Source: a virus (Duplodnaviria; Caudoviricetes). From it: a stretch of 37,108 nucleotides of DNA. Both the position numbers and the translations under genes were made by a program. A model generated the notes under the pieces. It was not told the DNA's origin and did no database searches. It saw only the letters and a program-made list of their open reading frames with translations. Location: IMG/VR virus record IMGVR_UViG_3300044657_000533, positions 1 through 37,108 of that record; one strand, 5' to 3'. This document shows, one piece after another, positions 33,357-37,108 of this stretch. The number at the start of each line of letters is the position of its first letter. Positions within the stretch are counted from its first letter, which is position 1.

Positions 33357-34957
33357 TGGCAGAGGTAGGTAATTGGATATCAGAGAAAACCGTTACTATC
33401 GGGTCGGGAGATATTACCCTTCTTGGCACTAACGCGAGCTTTGTAAGATTTGCTCAAGCTGTCCCGGCTGGCACTGTATGGTACTCAATAATCGATGGGA
33501 ACAACCGAGAGGCTGGAATTGGCACGTTCAATGGCACAAACACACTGGCAAGAACAACAGTACACGCCACGCTCGTTAATGGCGTTTATAATAATTCAAG
33601 TCCACCAGCAATATATTTAAGTGGCGATACCGCCATCGTTAGCTGCACTTATAACACTGCAGCGTATAACGAATTAGTGGCTGCAGATGCCGCAGCAGTA
33701 TTAACTGATGGGACACGCGCTTTTTCTGCGGGGTATTTTGATGTAACCACCGCAGCTACACCGGGCGTACCAGCGGCTGGCGACCTTAGAGTCTTCGCGG
33801 TTGATGAAGGTGGCTTCAGTTATCTTCATGTTGAAGACGAAAACGGTATAGATAGAAGGATTAGCCGTGACAACGAGCTTGTTGTCCGTAATAACACAGG
33901 TGTTACCATAGCAAAAGGCAAGGCTGTTTATATTAATGGCGCAACAGGTACATGGCCCACTGTCGCACTGGCGGACAACACCGCAGAATCAACACTACCC
34001 GCTATTGGTTTAGTTGTTTCGGATATCGCCAATGCTTCATTTGGTCAGGTGTTAGTTATTGGTTTGATAGACGGGATTGATACATCAGCATTCACAGACG
34101 GTGACACTGTTTATGTTGGTACAGCGGGCGGTTTAACAGCTACCCCACCTACCCCAGCTAGCGCCACCGTCCAAATAATGGGCTATGTCATTCGCTCTAA
34201 TCCATCAAACGGTGAGATAAAAGTATTACCATCACCAGCGTTTAAAGAATCATTTATAGACCACGGCGCAATAGTGGGTTTGTCAGATGATGACCACGCG
34301 CAATACTTATTAGCAAGTGACGCAACAAGCAGGGCTGCTTTTATTACAGAGTGGGCAAGGCTCGCTGGCATGGAGACAGGCGCAACCGCTGACCAAACTG
34401 CTGGTGAAATAGAAGCAATAGTCAACCACGATAACTTGGTTGGCTTTGTGGCCAATGAACATATTGATTGGACATCTGGCTTGGCAGCAGGGTTTAATTC
34501 ACTTGGCATTGACGATAATGCTACTTCAACAGCCTTAATAATAAACCCAAGCCAATACGTAGCCATAGGCGAAACAAACTTAGAAGTAAGATTAACAGCA
34601 CGAAATGACAGCGCATCTTCTACCAATATTGTTGGCTACATTAAAAACAGAAACGCATCCGCAGTAGACGCTTTACTTGCTTTCACGACAGGCGCAACAG
34701 ACATATCCGATAACCGTTATTCTTATATAGGTGTTGAGAATGTTGGCACGAACGGAAATGACTTGGTGTTTGCTAGTAACGGTGATGGACTCGCAGCAGT
34801 TGAAGCATTACGTATAGACTCAAGCCAAAACGCTACCTTTGCGGGCAACCTTACAGCAACAGGCGTATTAGACGGCGGCTCTCTTGGCACAACTCTAGCA
34901 GCAGAAGTCAACTCAATAGCCACCTCAAAGGCTATAGTTTTTTCATTATTATTTTAG
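33356..34957 (+). CDS. Proximal tail fibre / fibre scaffold protein
   Basis: N-terminal anchor (ET..T.GSG.ITL.G...REAGIGT), central VRNNTG.TI.KG.AVYI domain, HGAIVGLSDDDHAQY and HDNLVGFVANEH motifs, ends SKAIVFSLLF. Confidence 0.78.
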   Translation: MAEVGNWISEKTVTIGSGDITLLGTNASFVRFAQAVPAGTVWYSIIDGNNREAGIGTFNGTNTLARTTVHATLVNGVYNNSSPPAIYLSGDTAIVSCTYNTAAYNELVAADAAAVLTDGTRAFSAGYFDVTTAATPGVPAAGDLRVFAVDEGGFSYLHVEDENGIDRRISRDNELVVRNNTGVTIAKGKAVYINGATGTWPTVALADNTAESTLPAIGLVVSDIANASFGQVLVIGLIDGIDTSAFTDGDTVYVGTAGGLTATPPTPASATVQIMGYVIRSNPSNGEIKVLPSPAFKESFIDHGAIVGLSDDDHAQYLLASDATSRAAFITEWARLAGMETGATADQTAGEIEAIVNHDNLVGFVANEHIDWTSGLAAGFNSLGIDDNATSTALIINPSQYVAIGETNLEVRLTARNDSASSTNIVGYIKNRNASAVDALLAFTTGATDISDNRYSYIGVENVGTNGNDLVFASNGDGLAAVEALRIDSSQNATFAGNLTATGVLDGGSLGTTLAAEVNSIATSKAIVFSLLF

Positions 34958-34966
34958 GTATATAAA

Positions 34967-35287
34967 ATGGCTATAACAAACAACGGCAACGGAACATTAA
35001 CAGGTGGTACTGATACACTGGTAACAGGCAACGCGCTTAATACTGTGATACCGGGGGGGTCTTTAAAGATAACTAATAAGACCACAGGCACAGTGGGTGC
35101 TCTTCAGGTTATTTTAGATGTTGGCGCATCGAGCAAGGACTTGTTTAACCAAACACTAAACCCCGGTGCTTCATGGATAAACGATGGGCCGATAATGCTG
35201 AAGACTTCCGCAGATACCATTCAAGCAGTAGGCACAGCAGCCACGTTTGATTGGACTGTCTCATTCTTAGACGACTATTTGGCATAA
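34967..35287 (+). CDS. Small beta-rich fibre connector/adaptor
   Basis: 106 aa beta-strand pattern, between the proximal fibre and RBP genes. Confidence 0.6.
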   Translation: MAITNNGNGTLTGGTDTLVTGNALNTVIPGGSLKITNKTTGTVGALQVILDVGASSKDLFNQTLNPGASWINDGPIMLKTSADTIQAVGTAATFDWTVSFLDDYLA

Positions 35288-35291
35288 TATT

Positions 35292-36323
35292 ATGGCTATT
35301 GTAGATGACCCAGTAAACAGTTCAGGCGTATTAAAAGCTACTAATGCCGAGGCAGTTACAGGCACAGAGAACGGTAAGTACATGACACCTCAAACTAGTA
35401 CAAAGACTGAGATAGGCAAGAACTTCATCATCAATGGTACGTTTGATATTTGGCAGAGAGCAACGAGCCAGACTGCTACAGGGTATGGTTCAGATGATAG
35501 GTGGAACAATATCATAACTGGTTCTACTCAAGTAGCCAGTCAGCAAACATTCACTTTGGGACAAACAGATGTTCCTAATAACCCAACCTACTACGCGAGA
35601 ACAGTGGTTACTTCTGTTGCCGGGGCAGGTAATCTTGCGTTTAAATACCAACCAATCGAAGGCGTAGAATCTTTATCAGGCACGACAGCAGTAGTTGATT
35701 TCTACGCAAAAGCGGATACAAGCAAGAACATAGCGTTAGAACTGTTTCAATCCTTCGGCACTACAGGCTCTCCATCTACAGGCGTATCAATACCAGTACA
35801 ACTTATTGCATTAACAGCATCGTGGCAGCACTTTCAAATCGAAGTCGCTATACCGTCAATCACAGGAAAGACATTAGGCAGCGATGGTAACGATGCGCTC
35901 CAACTTATTTTATGGATGGACGCAGGTAGCACCCACAACGCAAGAGCAGCATCACTAGGTCAACAGTCAGGCACATTCGATTTCTCAGAGATTAAGATTT
36001 ACGAGAAGGGCAAGCAATGCGAACCAAGAAGAAGTGTTGGTGAGGAATTGGCATTGTGTAAGAGGTATTACCACACAGTAACAAGAAACGTGGGTGGTTA
36101 CTGGTATGTTGTTAATGGCTATCCTTATTCAAATACTGAGAATTACCCTGTTACCATGAGAGCAGCTCCAACACTGGTAAAAACTAGGACAAGCACTAAT
36201 CTTTTTTACGCAGCCACTAACAGCATATCGTCAGACGCAACTGGTCACGCGACCTACGTGGTTAGTAATGCCACAGGACAAGGTAATTATTTTTATACAT
36301 ACACGGCAGACGCGGAGTTATAA
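35292..36323 (+). CDS. Receptor-binding / distal tail fibre protein with carbohydrate-binding-like domain
   Basis: KNFIINGTFDIWQR...DDRW...EELALCKRYY...PVTMRAAPT...ADAEL. Confidence 0.8.
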   Translation: MAIVDDPVNSSGVLKATNAEAVTGTENGKYMTPQTSTKTEIGKNFIINGTFDIWQRATSQTATGYGSDDRWNNIITGSTQVASQQTFTLGQTDVPNNPTYYARTVVTSVAGAGNLAFKYQPIEGVESLSGTTAVVDFYAKADTSKNIALELFQSFGTTGSPSTGVSIPVQLIALTASWQHFQIEVAIPSITGKTLGSDGNDALQLILWMDAGSTHNARAASLGQQSGTFDFSEIKIYEKGKQCEPRRSVGEELALCKRYYHTVTRNVGGYWYVVNGYPYSNTENYPVTMRAAPTLVKTRTSTNLFYAATNSISSDATGHATYVVSNATGQGNYFYTYTADAEL

Positions 36324-36324
36324 C

Positions 36325-36630
36325 ATGAATATACAAACAGCAATATATCAAGAAGATGGTTCAATATTTGTTAATGACTCAATGACCGTTCCTGTCTCTG
36401 GCGGCAACCGAGACTACCAAGCTATCCTTGAATGGGTAGCCGAAGGCAATGTTGTTGCCCCTTATGTTGTGCCAGACACAACGGTTCAGGATGCTAAACA
36501 AGAACTAGCCAACATTGATATTAAATCAATTAGGGGTATGCGAGAGTGGATAGCAGCACAACCAGATGCTCCTGAGTTCTTGCAATTATTAGAAGCATCA
36601 GCTAAAGCAGAAAGGACAAAGATTAAATAA
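36325..36630 (+). CDS. Tail-fibre assembly chaperone-like protein (start moved to ATG 36325)
   Basis: NRDYQAILEWVAEGN...PY motif, GGAG RBS. Confidence 0.7.
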   Translation: MNIQTAIYQEDGSIFVNDSMTVPVSGGNRDYQAILEWVAEGNVVAPYVVPDTTVQDAKQELANIDIKSIRGMREWIAAQPDAPEFLQLLEASAKAERTKIK

Positions 36631-37108
36631 TGGCTATCGTAGACGAAGGCGACATCTTACTCCCGTACAGCGCACCTAGCGCAGCAGACTTAGTTCTAAC
36701 GTCTACAGGCACAGGCGCGGGTGATATTGAATGGAAAGCAAAAGCAGTCGCAGGGGTCAATGACTTCCGTTTAACTTTAACGTCAGGAATGCCAGTTACC
36801 ACAGCCGATGTCAGTGCTGCGGGAACAATCTACATGACACCTTATAAGGGTAACTCAATAGGTTGCTACGATGGGACAAATTGGCAGATGGTTCAGACTA
36901 CGGAGTTATCAGTAGCAGTACCTGCATCAGCTAATCAGGTCTTTGATATTTTCCTTGATTACAACGCAGGAACGCCACAGCTTGTTAGCACGAATTGGAC
37001 AAATGACACGACAAGAGCAACCGCATTAACTTATCAAGATGGCGTATTAGTTCAAACAGGCAACACCGATTGGCGTTATCTCGGTACAGCACGAACTAAA
37101 ACAGCAAG
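36630..37108 (+). CDS. Receptor-binding / tail fibre protein, 3'-truncated (not in ORF track)
   Basis: Open to the window end: MAIVDEGD...FRLTLTSGMPVTTADV...IYMTPYKGN...DYNAGTPQL...QDGVLVQTGNTDWRYLGTART. Confidence 0.8.
   Translation, partial: MAIVDEGDILLPYSAPSAADLVLTSTGTGAGDIEWKAKAVAGVNDFRLTLTSGMPVTTADVSAAGTIYMTPYKGNSIGCYDGTNWQMVQTTELSVAVPASANQVFDIFLDYNAGTPQLVSTNWTNDTTRATALTYQDGVLVQTGNTDWRYLGTARTKTA

Larger units (their letters stand above)
1..37108. mobile_element. Near-complete tailed bacteriophage genome (podovirus-like head/tail, lambdoid replication module), linearised within the tail-fibre region
   Basis: Terminase, portal, scaffold, capsid, tail, lysis, recombination and replication genes are all present. 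No host genes seen. Both window ends lie in related tail-fibre genes. Confidence 0.95.

Noticed and set aside
36060-36323. Aromatic-rich RBP C-terminus as a possible DGR variable region
   Set aside because: No reverse transcriptase and no template repeat differing at adenines were seen in the window. The unsequenced gap cannot be excluded.

Overview
The window is a nearly complete, circularly permuted ~37 kb tailed-phage genome. Both ends fall in the tail-fibre region and both terminal ORFs are truncated. The gene set is podovirus-like: small and large terminase, P22-like portal, scaffold, DUF5309-like major capsid, adaptor, tail stabilisation protein, ejection proteins and a lysis cluster, with no tape measure or sheath gene. 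A lambdoid early/replication module carries ERF, SSB, a DEDD exonuclease, a Cro-like regulator, O-like and P-like proteins with an iteron origin, and nin-like genes. No integrase, CI, tRNA, CRISPR array or reverse transcriptase was seen. The most unusual element is a cassette between terminase and portal: two ~490-aa proteins share a 23-aa N-terminal leader but carry unrelated C-terminal cargo (one ART-PolyVal-like plus ParB-like). They are followed by a convergent small gene driven by an early-type, operator-bearing promoter. A G-L-M/G-L-L motif recurs at the termini of these proteins and of the ejection-region proteins and may be a capsid-loading or ejection signal. Other points: a dispersed AAG-N4-CTT operator regulon, an array of at least three receptor-binding-protein/chaperone pairs, an exact 20-bp repeat scar, two candidate structured RNAs and several micro-ORFs missed by the ORF track. 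All family assignments are from motif recognition by eye, not from database searches.
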